Shown here: positions 34,404 to 46,850 of the stretch, piece by piece
Position numbering within the stretch: position 1 is the first letter of the stretch
Layout of the letters: every line of letters starts with the position of its first letter
Source: Podarcis muralis
Taxonomy: Eukaryota
NCBI RefSeq assembly: GCF_964188315.1
Contig: NC_135673.1
Coordinates: forward strand, 8,556,001 to 8,620,000
DNA: 64,000 nt
Direction: 5' to 3'
Program-made: the position numbers and the translations under genes
Notes under the pieces: model-generated
What the model was told of the DNA's origin: nothing
Database searches by the model: none
Seen by the model: the letters and a program-made list of their open reading frames with translations, nothing else

Positions 34404-35270
34404 ATCTCGCATAAGGTTTACCTGGCTTTGAAAAGGCGGTGCCACAGTTCTGGCAGCATCCCAGAGCCCTTGCACCGCCCTCCAAAAGTCAGACAAAATG
34501 GACGAACCAGTAATCTTTCATAAAATGGTGCCTTTGCGAGGTCGACGCCCCAAGTGGATTTTCTCAATTGTGCGCCAACTCAGCTCAGCGCCGGTGCAGA
34601 GAAACTGCTAGTAGCGCTCTGGGAAGGAAAATTCAGGGTTCTGGCAGGGTCCTAGAGCCCTTCCCTCCTTCTGAAAGCTGGGAAATTAATAGGCTTCTGG
34701 TGCCTGAGCTCTGGCAGCATCCCACATCCCTACCAGTCAGACAAAATGGACGGACTTTGTAATCTTTCATAAAATGGCGCCTGTGTGAGGTCATTATCTG
34801 GCGCCCCGACATGGATCTTCTCAATTATGGATCTTATTAATTTTGTACCACCTCTGCCCTCTGCAGAAGAACTGCCGGGACTGCTCTGGGAAGAAAGCTC
34901 CAGGGCTCTGGCAGGGTCCTAGAGCCCTTCATTTCTTCCCAAACTAGGCAAGCACTAATTAGGCTTCCAGCTTTGGGAGGGTGGTGTGAGGGTTCTGGGA
35001 TGCTGCTAGAGCCATGGCACCACCTTCTGTGGTGCAAAATTGAGAGTGCTAAATATTTTGTGGAAGATTTCGAAGTCTGTCCATTTTATCTGGCTTTGGG
35101 AGGTCAGCCGGAGGGCTCTCGCAGCATCCCCAGAACGGCCATCACTTTTAATCAGCTTGACAAGGTGTCTGGCTCTAGGAAGAAGGCTCCAGGGCTCTGG
35201 CAGGGTCACTCCTCCCCAAACTAGGCAAGCACTAACTAGGCTTCCAGCTTATGAGTATACTACATAAACA
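34404..35270. repeat. Mosaic of direct and inverted modules (period about 250-270 bp), probably a DNA-transposon interior
   Basis: GTCAGACAAAATGGAC at 34488 and 34736, inverted near 35080; CTGGCAGGGTC module at about 34641, 34908 and 35197. Confidence 0.7.
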
Positions 35271-37454
35271 TAGTTTAAAAATGAAAAGGGCTGCAACTAG
35301 GGTTGGGCGATGCCTGGTTTTCAACATCATGATATGTCACCAACTAAACATCATGATATACTGATATATCATAATATCTGAAATAAGGATGGAACTATGT
35401 ACAAGCAATGACCAATGCACATGTTTCTGGTTGATACGTGATCACGCATGTTGTGAAATCTGGAAGTGATCCAAAAAGTCGTTAAATGGGGACACTTTAC
35501 AGGGGGTCCACTAACGCATGGGGGTCCAGAATGTAACCCCTGCACAAAAAGAGGACTGTCTGAAGAGGCAAACAGGGTAATGTCCTGGCAACTGCTACTA
35601 CTTAGAGGTCCAAAACTTACCAAAAAAAAATTACCTTTAATATATTGTTGCAACTGTTATTTTATAGTACATTTAGCACATTTTCTCAAATGCTGTAGGA
35701 ATAAGTAGCAGAAATACCAAAGGGATACAGAAGGGAAGAAGCGAGGAAAGAGGCTTAAACAAGAGGGCAAGGTTTATTTTTGTTTTTAAAACTCAGAAGT
35801 AATTTACAGCCATTTATTTTTCGATGCTACCAGCAACACCTTCCAAGTGAGCCCATTTGAGGGCAGCAACCCTTCAAAAGGGAGGGCTGGGCAACATGGG
35901 GGAGGCAAGGTGGAAGGGGCTTCCTGCTCTTGCAAGTGCTCCAGAAGGGCTCTGGTGGCTGCTACAGGCAGGGCCTGCCAGCACAGAGAGCCCAAAATAA
36001 AAGGAAGTGGGAAATGGGTTCCCAGCAAGAAGCCTGGAGCCACTTTGGACCAGCGTATTCCTCAACCACCTACCAACCTGGCACCTGCACTTAAAACAAG
36101 CAGTTAATAGTGCCTATATTACTGAGGAAAGTTGCCAGGACTTTCTTCAGCGCTTGCTCTTGTGGTCCGCTGTCCCCTGCAGGGAAAAGAAGAAGCAGCA
36201 GAGCAACAGGCGTGGCAAGAATCATGAGAGAAGTGGTGACCAGCTTCAGTTTTCCCCACATTGTGATTTTGTAATTACTCCGCGTACACATTGTGATTTG
36301 CGATGTATGTTTCATAATGTTTATTATGAAACCATTACCACAATGTGGACTTCAAACAGATTCTGGGAGATCTGAAAAAGTATTTTGTAGAACCTCTGTT
36401 GCTCACAATGACCAGAGCCAACTATACATAAGGAAGCTTCATCTTATGATCTCCTTCCAAGCCACACTATTCTCATGTGTCCCAGCAACCTAAGCTACCT
36501 CTCAGCACAACAGAGAAACAGTTGCCTCACCTCACCCTTCCTTTAAGTCCCAAGCCACCTCACAGATATGCTTTGGGCCTCCCCTTGTCATTTTATCTTT
36601 GCACACTGCTGCATAAATACAAATGTTAGACCCCTTAAACATAGGCTATTCATTGCTAACCCTTTCAAACTTGAAACAGTAAGTTCTTTTCTCTGCCATT
36701 TTCACTACTGGGCTTTCCATACAACCACTGTAAAGTTTCAGCCTTGCCTCCACTGAGGTAGGGATGACAGTTCTTACTGACAGCAGATCCCAGCTTCAAG
36801 CCCTGCCATTTCACATCCTCTGCCAAAAACTCTGGAGAGCTGCTTGCAGTCAGTGAGGCATTACTGACTTAGACCAATAACATTATAAAAACTTTCCTGG
36901 TCACCATAATTTGCTTACTTACAGTACTAGCTGTGGAAGAAGGGAAGCCTGTGCCTCAGCTCCGTCACACCTCTGCCTGCCTGCCTGCCTGCCTGCCTTT
37001 TCATGCTGACCACAGAGCATGGGGTTTTCCCTCCTCCATGGCTAGCAATGAAATAGGCTGGTATTCTCTTAATAGGCTAGTAATAAAATACTGAAGGTTA
37101 GCAACTTATGATCTTATCTGCAAAATATGGGGAATAATAAGTCTTGCCTTGCCATCCAGAACTGTTGTCAGGATAACAACTTTTATGCAACATAACATGA
37201 GAATTAGGTAAACAAGAATTCCTGAAAAGTTTGAGTGAACTAAAAAGTGTATTTGCATTGTGCCAGAAATATAGGAGGTGGCACAGCCAGATAAGCTTTG
37301 CTGAGCAGAGAGTTCCAAAGGTAGGACACCACAACTGAAAATTATTTTTTGGCTCACACAGTCAAAACCAGCACTTTGGATTGATAACCACGACAATTTG
37401 ATTTAGTGCCAGCCATTTGTTCAGTGCTTTAGAATAGTTGTCTTAGCCTGCATT

Positions 37455-37735
37455 TTTGAATTCCTGTCCATGAATAAATAAGAATGAATAAGAATAAACA
37501 CAAATAAATATTTAAAGCAAATAAATAAAAATAACGAAATGAGAATAAATACGAATACATTAATAAATAAAAATAACGAAATACGAATAAGTACCTAAAT
37601 AGAAACACATCATTTAAGAATGGATGAAGAAATATGAAATAATAAAGAATAATTGAATAAATGACAACAAACGCAAAGAGATATTTAAAAACAAATGCCA
37701 ATGAGTGAGTGAATAAATAAAAATGAATAAAACTG
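37455..37735. repeat. A-rich low-complexity tract at the start of ATP6V1G1 intron 1
   Basis: Recurrent AAATAA/GAATAA/ACGAA words with strong strand bias. Confidence 0.8.
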
Positions 37736-37739
37736 CACC

Positions 37740-38720
37740 CAGAGTACTAAGCCACCCCGCCTCCTCCTCCTCCAGCCCCGGCCCGCCCACTCACTCTTCC
37801 GGGCCTCGGCCACCTTCTCGGCTGCCCTCTTCTCGGCCTGCAGCAGCTGCTGGATGCCCTGCGACTGGCTGGCCATGGCGGTGCGGCGGTCGGCTCGGCT
37901 AGCGGCGGTCGCGGCGCTCTCCGGCAGCTCCTGCCGGCAGCTCTACTGGCTCAGGTCGGCTCTCTCCCTCTTCACGACCAGGCCCCTGCCGCCCCTCTTG
38001 CAACTCCCCTCAGGCAAGGACCGGAACGGAGACCAGCCAGCGACGCGGGTCACCTGACGGGGAAGTCAGCGGAAGAGGCCGTGCCAGGATTTAGTTCCTC
38101 AAAAAAACAAAAAGGAAAAAACCAAGGAGGGATTGGCCAGTGTTGTTCATCCTCGTTTCCGGCGCGCGTTGGCGTCACCTCCGGCGCGAGTTGGCAAGCG
38201 CTGCGACGCTCTAGCCGCCACGTCGTGGGGAGCAGTGCACCCAGCCACCTTCGCCTGAAAGCGACAACATTTTTTTTTCTTCACGCGCCCCTTCGAACTG
38301 CGAATTAAAATTAACAGGAGAAGCTTCTTTGACGAAGAAGCCGCCCAAGCAAGAAAGCCGGGTTTCAATTATCTCTGCACTCTATGGTTTTCCTTCTCCG
38401 TGTTGTCACGTGGCGTGCGTCACTTCGTCTCACGCCTCACCCGCGAAAGTCCTCACTGCGCACGCTCGAGCTTTAGTCTTTTAAACTCCGCCTCCCGGTG
38501 TTGCGCGCGCCGACGTGCCGTTCCCTTGCCGCCGGCTTTGCCTATCGCTTGTGGGCGGCGCTTACTGAAGTTGCTCCTCCTTCTTTGTTATGCTACCTTC
38601 ACCACACGCAGACAGATCAAAACATTGCTCGACTGCAGTGCGCCGGCGCGAGTGTCTGTCCTTCCCCCTCCTCCACCCTTTGCCAGGCATTAAAAATACT
38701 CAGCTGTCTCACGTGAGGAG
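37740..38720. promoter_or_regulatory. CpG island / ATP6V1G1 promoter
   Basis: GC- and CpG-rich around and upstream of exon 1. ETS-like GCGGAAG near 38069, E-boxes GTCACGTGGC 38405-38414 and TCACGTGA 38709-38716, GTCACCTGAC 38049-38058. Confidence 0.88.
37795..37876 (-). CDS. ATP6V1G1: V-type proton ATPase subunit G1, coding exon 1
   Basis: ATG at 37876 gives MASQSQGIQQLLQAEKRAAEKVAEARK(R), the known subunit G N-terminus. 82 nt, then GTGAGT donor at 37794. Lies in a CpG island. Confidence 0.97.
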
Positions 38721-39639
38721 ATAACAAATGGTGCTCAGCCCACAGGACTTTGCCACAGCGAATTTCGCCTCCTGGTTACAGCGTCTTGGCTTCCACGTTA
38801 CGATCAAGCGGTGTTTACATATAAATAAATACACTTAACATATAAGTTCCAGATGTTTGTATGTACAAGATGTATGTTCCAGATTCAGTGTAGTAATTCA
38901 GAAGAGAGATTTTGATAAACGAGAAAACGCACACATTTATTTATCAGTTTCGTGAAATTCATATGTTGCTTTATTGTTAAAACAAGCCTTAAAAATGGGT
39001 GGCCCCAATAATGAAATACCCTCCCTAGGCAAGTGAGAGAGGTGCTAGGGTCAAAACTATGCTATACAACACAATATTTAATTATTGCTTTATGATTTGT
39101 TTTCTTTTACACTTAAAAAAAAAAGAGATTTGATTGCTTTATATAGGTGCAAGATTGGTATAAGAATGCTTCATTGATGTTTAATACAGCAGCAATCACA
39201 AAAACAATAAACCATGTATTCAATTCAAGTTTTCCTTAAGAATGGACCCTTTTCAATTAATGTATCTAAGTTACTCATATCCATTAATTTTTGATGTGGC
39301 TACTCCGAGTAGAACTTAGCCAGATACAACCCTAAAAGAAGACCCTCCAAGTGTCCCTATTTTCCAGGGACATCCCTGATTTAGAGAAGCTTAGGGTGTC
39401 TCATTTCATGGGAGAAATGTTGGAGGGTATGGAGTTATTTGACTCCCATGGTGTCTGAAGGCAATCCTATATAGGGAAGTGGGTTTTTTTAACGTTTAAC
39501 GTTTTATTATGTTTATATATAAGTTGAAAGCTGGCCAGAGTGGCTGGGGCAACCCAGGAAGATGTGTGGGGTATAAATAGTAAAATTATCATTATGGAAT
39601 ATGATGTCCCTATTTTCATCGGAGAAATGTTGGAGGATA

Positions 39640-40060
39640 TGTAAAAGTGTATTGCATGTTCATTAACTGCTTCCAACTCTATATATGGTTGAAAACTTTC
39701 TTGTGTCTTATTGCACCAGTACATAACAAAACTTTTCAATAAATAAATATCTGCTTGCCTTCCATCCTTCACTCTTACAATATGAGTTGATTTCACCATA
39801 TCAGCCAATTCCCATAATCTTACTATCCCATCTTTTAATGCCGGAATACATTTTCCCCAAACATAGCGGATTCTAATACAAGCAGCTGTTACCAAATTTA
39901 TTTTTAATGTTGTGTCTGCTGGTTAAACCATATCCATATCCAAATAATATAGCTAATGTTCTACTGGAAATTCATATCCTATTGTAAGTTTAATTTCATT
40001 TATTACAATTGTCCATAATATTGATCTCTTCAAACCCAACCAGAAAGCAGTATCATGCCA
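39640..40060 (-). mobile_element. L1-clade ORF2 C-terminal remnant
   Basis: Minus frame VTAACIRIRYVWGK.IPALKDGIVRLWELADM resembles the lizard L1 terminal TAAR...W..P...W..KLWE motif. Confidence 0.6.
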
Positions 40061-40424
40061 CTTTTAAAAGTCATGGTTTCCCACTAAGAACCCTGGGAAA
40101 TGCAGTGTGTAAAGAGTGCTGAGAGTTGCTAGAGGAGACCCCTATTTCCCACAGAGCTACACATTTCAGAGTGGTTTAACAATCCATCTGCAAAGGGAGC
40201 TATGAAAATGTAGCTGGGGGCAGGGGAATAGAGGTCACTTAACAAACTCTCATCACCCTCAACTATACAGCTCTCGGGATTCCTGGGGGGAAGCCATAGC
40301 TGGATGTGGCCTAAACCATGCTGGTGTTCAATGTCAGCGAGATACTAATTTGTAAATAGTGCAATTCCATACATGTCTGCTCTGAAGTTCACCTCCCCAC
40401 CCCCCCACCCCCTTGGGAAAACTA

Positions 40425-40670
40425 TAGTGGTACCTCAGGTTACATATGCTTCAGGTTACATACGCTTCAGATTACAGACTCCGCTAACCCAGAAATAGTG
40501 CTTCAGGTTAAGAACTTTGCTTCAGGATGAGAACAGAAATCGTGCTCTGGAGGCGCGGCGGCAGCAGGAGGCCGCATTAGCTAAAGTGGTGCTTCAGTTT
40601 AAGAACAGTTTCAGGTTAAGTACGGACCTCCGGAACGAATTAGGTAAGTACATAACCTGAGGTACCACTG
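40425..40670 (-). mobile_element. Tigger-like MITE, family B (reverse)
   Basis: TA-flanked; body is the reverse complement of the 12573 copy. Confidence 0.88.
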
Positions 40671-40688
40671 TATAGGGAAACTCAACAC

Positions 40689-40930
40689 CAGGGGTCAGCA
40701 AGGTTTATCTTGCCTGGGCTGGATCGGTCCCGCGGAGATTCCTCCATGGACCAGATTGCGCACATGCACAGAAACAATTTCAGGCGCCATGGAAGTGAGT
40801 CCCCGTGCCGCGCTATGCTGGTTTAGCGCAGTGAATGAGTGGACAGCTCAATTCGGCTGCGACTCGTGGGCTGGTCAAACGACCTCTGTAGGCCACTTCC
40901 AGCCCATGGGCCTTAGGTTGCTGACCTCTG
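40689..40930. mobile_element. hAT MITE
   Basis: CAGGGGTCAGCAA...TTGCTGACCTCTG with perfect 8-bp TSD CTCAACAC. Confidence 0.9.
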
Positions 40931-41405
40931 CTCAACACTCACCTACTCTGAAGCACCCCTAAGGGCCTGGGATTCCCAGTTATGTGTAAGCTTTCTCTAT
41001 TGAGTGTCCACCAAACAGCAGTTAAAACCAAGGGAGAAATAAGCATTTGTCAGGGAGGGTGTGGTCCCAGGCACACATTTTTTGTGGGGGGTGTGTGTGT
41101 GAACCAAATGCCCCCACGCAGGCAACCACAGTGAGGCCCAGCCTGGTGCTCCTATCCACCCGCCTAGAGCTTTGTCAGTTGGCTGGGCTTCTGTGCGGGT
41201 GGGCAGGCAGCTTAAGGAGGCCTTGCTTTGCTCTGGTGGGAGTGGGGTCACTTAATGCAGCTTCAGTGGCACGGGAGGGACTGGTGCCCCCCTGCCTGGT
41301 GTGTGCACATACCCACCTGCACACATGCAGACTGCCCGGCACGCACACATGTGCCCGCCCTGAGCACTGACAACCGACACTACACTGCTGGTTTAAACAT
41401 AAGTA

Positions 41406-41639
41406 CAGTGGTACCTCGGGTTAAGCACTTAATTCATTCCGGAGATCCGTTCTTAACCTGAAACTGTGCTTAACCTGAAGCACCACTTTAGCTAATGGGG
41501 CCTCCCGCTGCCTCCGGAGCACGATTTCTGTTCTCCTCCTGAAGCAAAGTTCTTAACCTGAGGTACTATTCCTGGGTTAGCGGAGTCTGTATCCTGAAGC
41601 GTATGTAACCTGAAGCATCTGTAACCCGAGGTACTACTG
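41406..41639 (+). mobile_element. Tigger-like MITE, family B
   Basis: TA|CAGTGGTACCTCGGGTTAAG...GAGGTACTACTG|TA. Confidence 0.88.
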
Positions 41640-41721
41640 TAATTCTAACAGGTACTGCAGTGTCAAAGGAACATTAGAAAATGGAACAGAAGCACTGGCA
41701 TTATATTGGGGAAACTAATAA

Positions 41722-41963
41722 CAGTGGTACCTCGGGTTAAGAACTTAATTCGTTCTGGAGGTCCGTTCTTAAGCTGAAACTGTGCTTAACCTGAGGTACC
41801 ACTTTAGCTAATGGGGCCTCCCACTGCCACTGCGCCGCCAGCACACAATTTCTGTTCTCATCCTGAAGCAAAGTTCTTAACCTGAGGTACTAATTCTGGG
41901 TTAGTGGAGTCTGTAACCTGAAGCGTATGTAACCTGAAGCGTATGTAACCCGAGGTACCACTG
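41722..41963 (+). mobile_element. Tigger-like MITE, family B
   Basis: CAGTGGTACCTCGGGTTAAG...GAGGTACCACTG|TA; left flank reads AA rather than TA. Confidence 0.88.
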
Positions 41964-44498
41964 TACTCAGAAGAAAAAGCAAAAACTGCAAACAGTACAC
42001 AGAGGAATTTAAATACTAAACCTGAGGTCTGAAGGTCGTAATTCTGCTGAAGTTCAAGAACAACAGATGAAGCAGAAATATTGTCTGTGAGAGACATTAC
42101 AACACATGGTCCACAACCCCCGGCGTTTAATGCTAGATTATATTGCAGCTGCAAAGTGTGCTAACAGCTTGTTAGAAATGACCCCATTTACACAGAGAGC
42201 CAACATGCTCTCTTTGCTAATCAGATTTCAGAGGATTTCGTATGTAGCACATCAGATTCAGCTCCAGCCTGAAGAAGCTGGAGAAGGGCACTCAGCGACC
42301 TAAAGAAGGAGTCGCCCGCCTGCTTTTTGTTTTTTTATGCACTTTGGGGACCTTTTGTGGAACATTTGAGCTGTGTACTGACATCAAGAGCACATGTACA
42401 TACTTCCCTGTGGTGGGTGGGAATTATAGAAATTCTCTCTCTGCACAAGATAATGAATGGAAAGGGTAATTTGGTGAGAAGAAAAATATTGGGAGCAGTA
42501 TAATCAGTGCCTCCCCCCCCAAAAAAAAATGTTAAAATGTGCCACTTACTGTAATAACTTCGTGGTGAGTACTGGAATATACACAAATTTTTATTCACAA
42601 ATTTGTATAAAACATGTAACAATTTTTTTAAACTTCTAATTAGTAGCCACATTAATCAGAATGGGGGAGGAGAGAGAAGGTTACTGGCAACCCAAAAGAC
42701 CCATGAAAAAATCCACATTTACTATGGTATCTAACAGTCAATAACAAGCGTGGTGGACATCGCTATGGAGGGAGCTTTGTAACTTTGGTGCTACTGTAGT
42801 GAATGCCCTGTCCCGCATCAACACCCATTCATGCAACCCTCTCTGTCCTCCATTCAAGCAAGCGAGAAGCATTATCAGAGTTCAAGAGACATATTCCAGA
42901 CGGGCAAAAGCATTCAAGTCTGGTGCAAAAGTAAGGCTAGTGAGAGATGTGGTCTTGCTCAAGAGGAGGTGTAGCCTGGGAAGAATCCCAAGGGTTACAC
43001 AAAGTAGCCCCAAAGGCCACCTTTAGTTCCCAGACTTTAGGTTCAGAACCCCTGATTCAGTGCTTTAAAGGTTAAAAGCAACACTTTTGGATCTGGATTA
43101 ATGAGCACAATAATAACACACAAATTGTTAAGAGAGCTGAGGAACACTAGTGGGAGCAAAACAACAGAAGTGAATGGACACCCTCATTCATATTTCCTGA
43201 CCGTGGCCAAGGGTCTTTAGTAATCTAGGTTTGGTCAGAATAGACCCATTTAAATGAATGGACCTAAGTTAATTGTTTCCATTAGCTTCACTGGTTCCAG
43301 TCTGACTAGAACTGACACTCAATGCAGCCTATTCATTCAATGGTTATGACGTAAGTTTATAATGGGACGGGACAATTTGCTCTCCTTATAACCTTCATAT
43401 TATATTAGGGCCTGATTAAGAAGTTGGAATCTACAGGTTGGTGATGTTGGCCTTCTTAAATATATCTCATTATTACTAACTTGGATAGATGCAAATCAGA
43501 GACATTGAACTGAGGCAACGACTGACTTGTTCCAAGTAACGACACAAAAACAACCCAGAATTTCACTCTAGGCAGCAAAAACACAATGCCAAATACAACC
43601 CAGTAATACAGCAGCCACTTTCTCCCCACACTTTGCTTGAAAAGGGTGGGGGAGATAACCATTGGGCCTGCCAGTGAGATCATGCTCCCCATCCCTGCAC
43701 TAAACCAAACTTCAACTAATAAAAGCACAATAAAACCACAAATTGCTCCACAGACTACTAGAGAGACCTTGGCCTTTCTTCTTGAAAGCTTGGCTTGTTT
43801 TCTTTCTGCCTACTTTGTGCCTGCCTTGCAATGGTTTCCCAACAACCTAAGTGCCTCTGAGGGTCCTGCAACTGACATTGCCTCATTGTGCCATCATTTT
43901 CATTGGCCAGCTGAGAGAGCAACTGTGCAGAAATCTTCTCAACCACCAACTTTAATGACTAATTCCCTCCCCTCACCCTGTCAAAAAAATGCCAGTGTGT
44001 CTTTACAGTTGAAACAACAGTTTTCTAAGTCTAAATTCTACCACTCTGTTCTACTGCTACAGTCTTAAATGGCTTTATTCCACCCTTCCACCCTTAACTG
44101 TTACAGAGCTGTAATTACGCTGAGGAATGGCAGCACAGTTCACAACCCATTCTCATCCATTCTTCAGCCACTGAGCAGCTCAGATGCTGCAGTCGTTAAC
44201 TCCATTATCCCACCACCTGCCATTGCTACCTTAATATTACTCTGTCTGGGAGCAGTAATTAATTTGAGCAACAGCAACACTTTTCCTTGCCCTTCTAGCC
44301 TCCACCCATCAGTACTTCAACCACTGGGATACTACTACAGGGCAACTGAGCAAAAGTGTTGAGTTACACTCCTACTCTATTGACAGAGCACAAACAAAAG
44401 CAAGCCATAACTTGCGTATGTGATAGAAAACCGTAACAGGAGTGGTGGCTTGCTGCAGAGATGGTGGAGTCATGGGCGGATTCTAAAGTCAATAATAT

Positions 44499-45005
44499 TT
44501 TGACAAAAACCCGGTGCCTGCCCCTCTCTCTGCCAAGCAATGGCAAGAGCGCATGGGGTCAGAGGCATGCCTACAGGGTGTGTGTCCCCTTTGGAGAATA
44601 GAAGACACGGCAGAGACTGTCATGCTTTAAGAAATAGGGTTTATTCACCTATTTGCTTCTTCAGTCTGCATGGAGGAAGTCCAGATCTTACAGCATGCAC
44701 CTTTCCAGAGGCAGCAGCACAAGCAGGCTGCTTTCCTCAAAAAATGGATCCCAGCCTTTCTTTCCTTTCTTCTTCCCAGAAACACCTTGCCCTCCCCCAG
44801 AGCAGTTACCCTGGAAACCAGCTGCACTGGGTATTGGGTGAAGAGTGGCCTTCAGCTCCAATATTTTTGAGCAGGGAGCAGTGCCATCACTGTGTGCCCT
44901 CCACATGCCCCAGCCTCCTCCCCGGCAGCCGAGGAGCTGGGCGGTGGCTGGGACGAGCAAGCATCCTGCCCTCATCTGGGGCACACCTGACGGCATCAGG
45001 TGACA
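44499..45005 (-). mobile_element. LTR-like repeat, copy 1
   Basis: Homologous in opposite orientation to 54809-55215 (shared GGCAAGAGC.CATGGGG block); AATAAA on the minus strand near 44640; ends TGACA. Confidence 0.55.
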
Positions 45006-45552
45006 CATCATGTGACCATGTCCCTTCAATTTGGGGGGCAAGTCAGCATTCCTGCTGGCAACCTCCCAAATCCCCAATCTCTGGTAATATCTAGGGCCCT
45101 TGTCTTGTTAACGCCCCTCAATGGGCCCTCAATGGCTTTCTATTGTTCGCTTAATTGCCCTACCTTGACCAGACTACAAAATAGTTCCTTTGCATTGAAC
45201 CATATATATATCTCTCCCTTCCCACCCCAAATAATCTCAATCCTAGAATTTATTAATTTCTATGTTTATCCTAAGTCTATAACAGTATTCCTCACTATGG
45301 GATAAGGGGGAGTGATGGCCCCAAATAAGGATGGAAGAGAAAGCAGAGTTGACCCTCCTGTGCAACAGTTGATGTATGGGGAGACAAATCCTGCCCTGTT
45401 CAGGTACAGGAGATTCCCAAGCACTGCACAATGGATTTTGACAGGTAGGTGGGATATCCCACCTGTCGAAGTTGGCTTGTGGGGGTGGAGCCACATAAGG
45501 ATCTGCGCTGTGGAGCCAAATGATTTTTTTGGCAGTCTATAATCAGGCAATA

Positions 45553-45911
45553 GGGGACGCGGGTGGCGCTGTTGGGTGAAACCTCAGCGCCTAGGACTTG
45601 CCGATCGTCAGGTCGGCGGTTCGAATCCCTGCGGCGGGGTGCGCTCCTGTTGCTCGGTCCCAGCGCCTGCCAACCTAGCAGTTCTAAATCACCCCCGGGT
45701 GCAAGTAGATAAATAGGGACTGCTTACTAGCAGGAAGGTAAACGGCGTTTCCGTGTGCTGCGCTGGCTCGCCAGATGCAGCTTGTCACGCTGGCCGCGTG
45801 ACCCGGAGGTGTCTGCGGACAGCACTGGCCCCCGGCCTCTTAAGTGAGATGGGCACACAACCCTAGAGTCGGACACGACTGGCCCGTACGGGCAGGGGTA
45901 CCTTTACCTTT
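45553..45911 (+). mobile_element. Sauria SINE, subfamily 2
   Basis: Perfect 13-bp TSD TAATCAGGCAATA at 45540-45552 and 45912-45924. Confidence 0.93.
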
Positions 45912-46199
45912 TAATCAGGCAATAACTTTTTCATTTTTCCTGTTTCATTCATTGTACAATGTAAGTTGTGTTTTAAACCCTATCTGTAATTTTATAATCA
46001 TGTCCATTTTATCCACACCTGATTTTTTAAATTAATTTTTACTGTGTTATCAAAAGCTCCTCTTGTTGAATTTGTTGTTAATGCTTGCTTTTCCATTTGT
46101 GTGTATTGTCTGTCTCTGTTGTTCAATAACATTTAAAACGTTGGAGTGGCGGGGAATAAGTGTGCTGATACCAGCAAAAAATATAATTAAATCTTTATT

Positions 46200-46850
46200 T
46201 TTTAAAAAGCCCTAATGTGACCTATGGAATTACTGACAAAAGGGCAAGTGCTGGATCCATCACCACCAATTGATCTACTGTGGCTGATACTTACTGAAAT
46301 GTTCTGTGCCAAGATGAACACATCATGGGGCACCTCCACCACATATGGTAGTATGTTCCTGGGAAATTACAATAGGGAGAAAATCCTAGTTGTACTGTTG
46401 TATAACACTAGTTTATCACCTTGTACAATGTCTCTCTTATCTGACTCTGAATTGATTGGTGATTTCAGCCACCCTCCATGCTATATATCATCCTGTGGCA
46501 CATATCACAGATCGGCTTCCCACACCTCCTCCAGCCCCATTGTATTTCCTATTTCTGGCAGAAGTTCCATATATTACCTTGAGTTCACCCCCTTTAAATC
46601 GAGGTTGGGGTTAAAACAAATACCTTTTAAAAATCCTAAACCTCTGATTGCTTCAACAGTTTTGGCCAGCTGAACATTTGAACTTGTCCCAGTGGCAGTC
46701 AGATGGTGCACACTTCTTCCAGCTTTTCAAAGGACTGGCATCTTTGAACAAGTCCCAAAGTAAGTATAGTCCTTTTAACTCCCAGTCTGTATATTGCCTG
46801 CATCTACTAGCCTCTGAAAATTGTGGATGATACAGAGATACAGGAGTGAT
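46200..46850 (-). mobile_element. L1-clade ORF2 remnant with CCHC region
   Basis: Minus strand encodes GTYYHMWWRCP and, upstream, WELKGLYLLWDLF, with frameshifts and stops. Confidence 0.7.

Noticed and set aside
44540-45094. Paralogous-looking ORFs MARAHGV... (also 54770-55174)
   Set aside because: Similarity reflects two copies of an LTR-like repeat; the frames diverge after a few codons.
46224-46673. 149-aa plus-strand ORF
   Set aside because: Antisense to a degraded L1 ORF2 (GTYYHMWWRCP on the minus strand).
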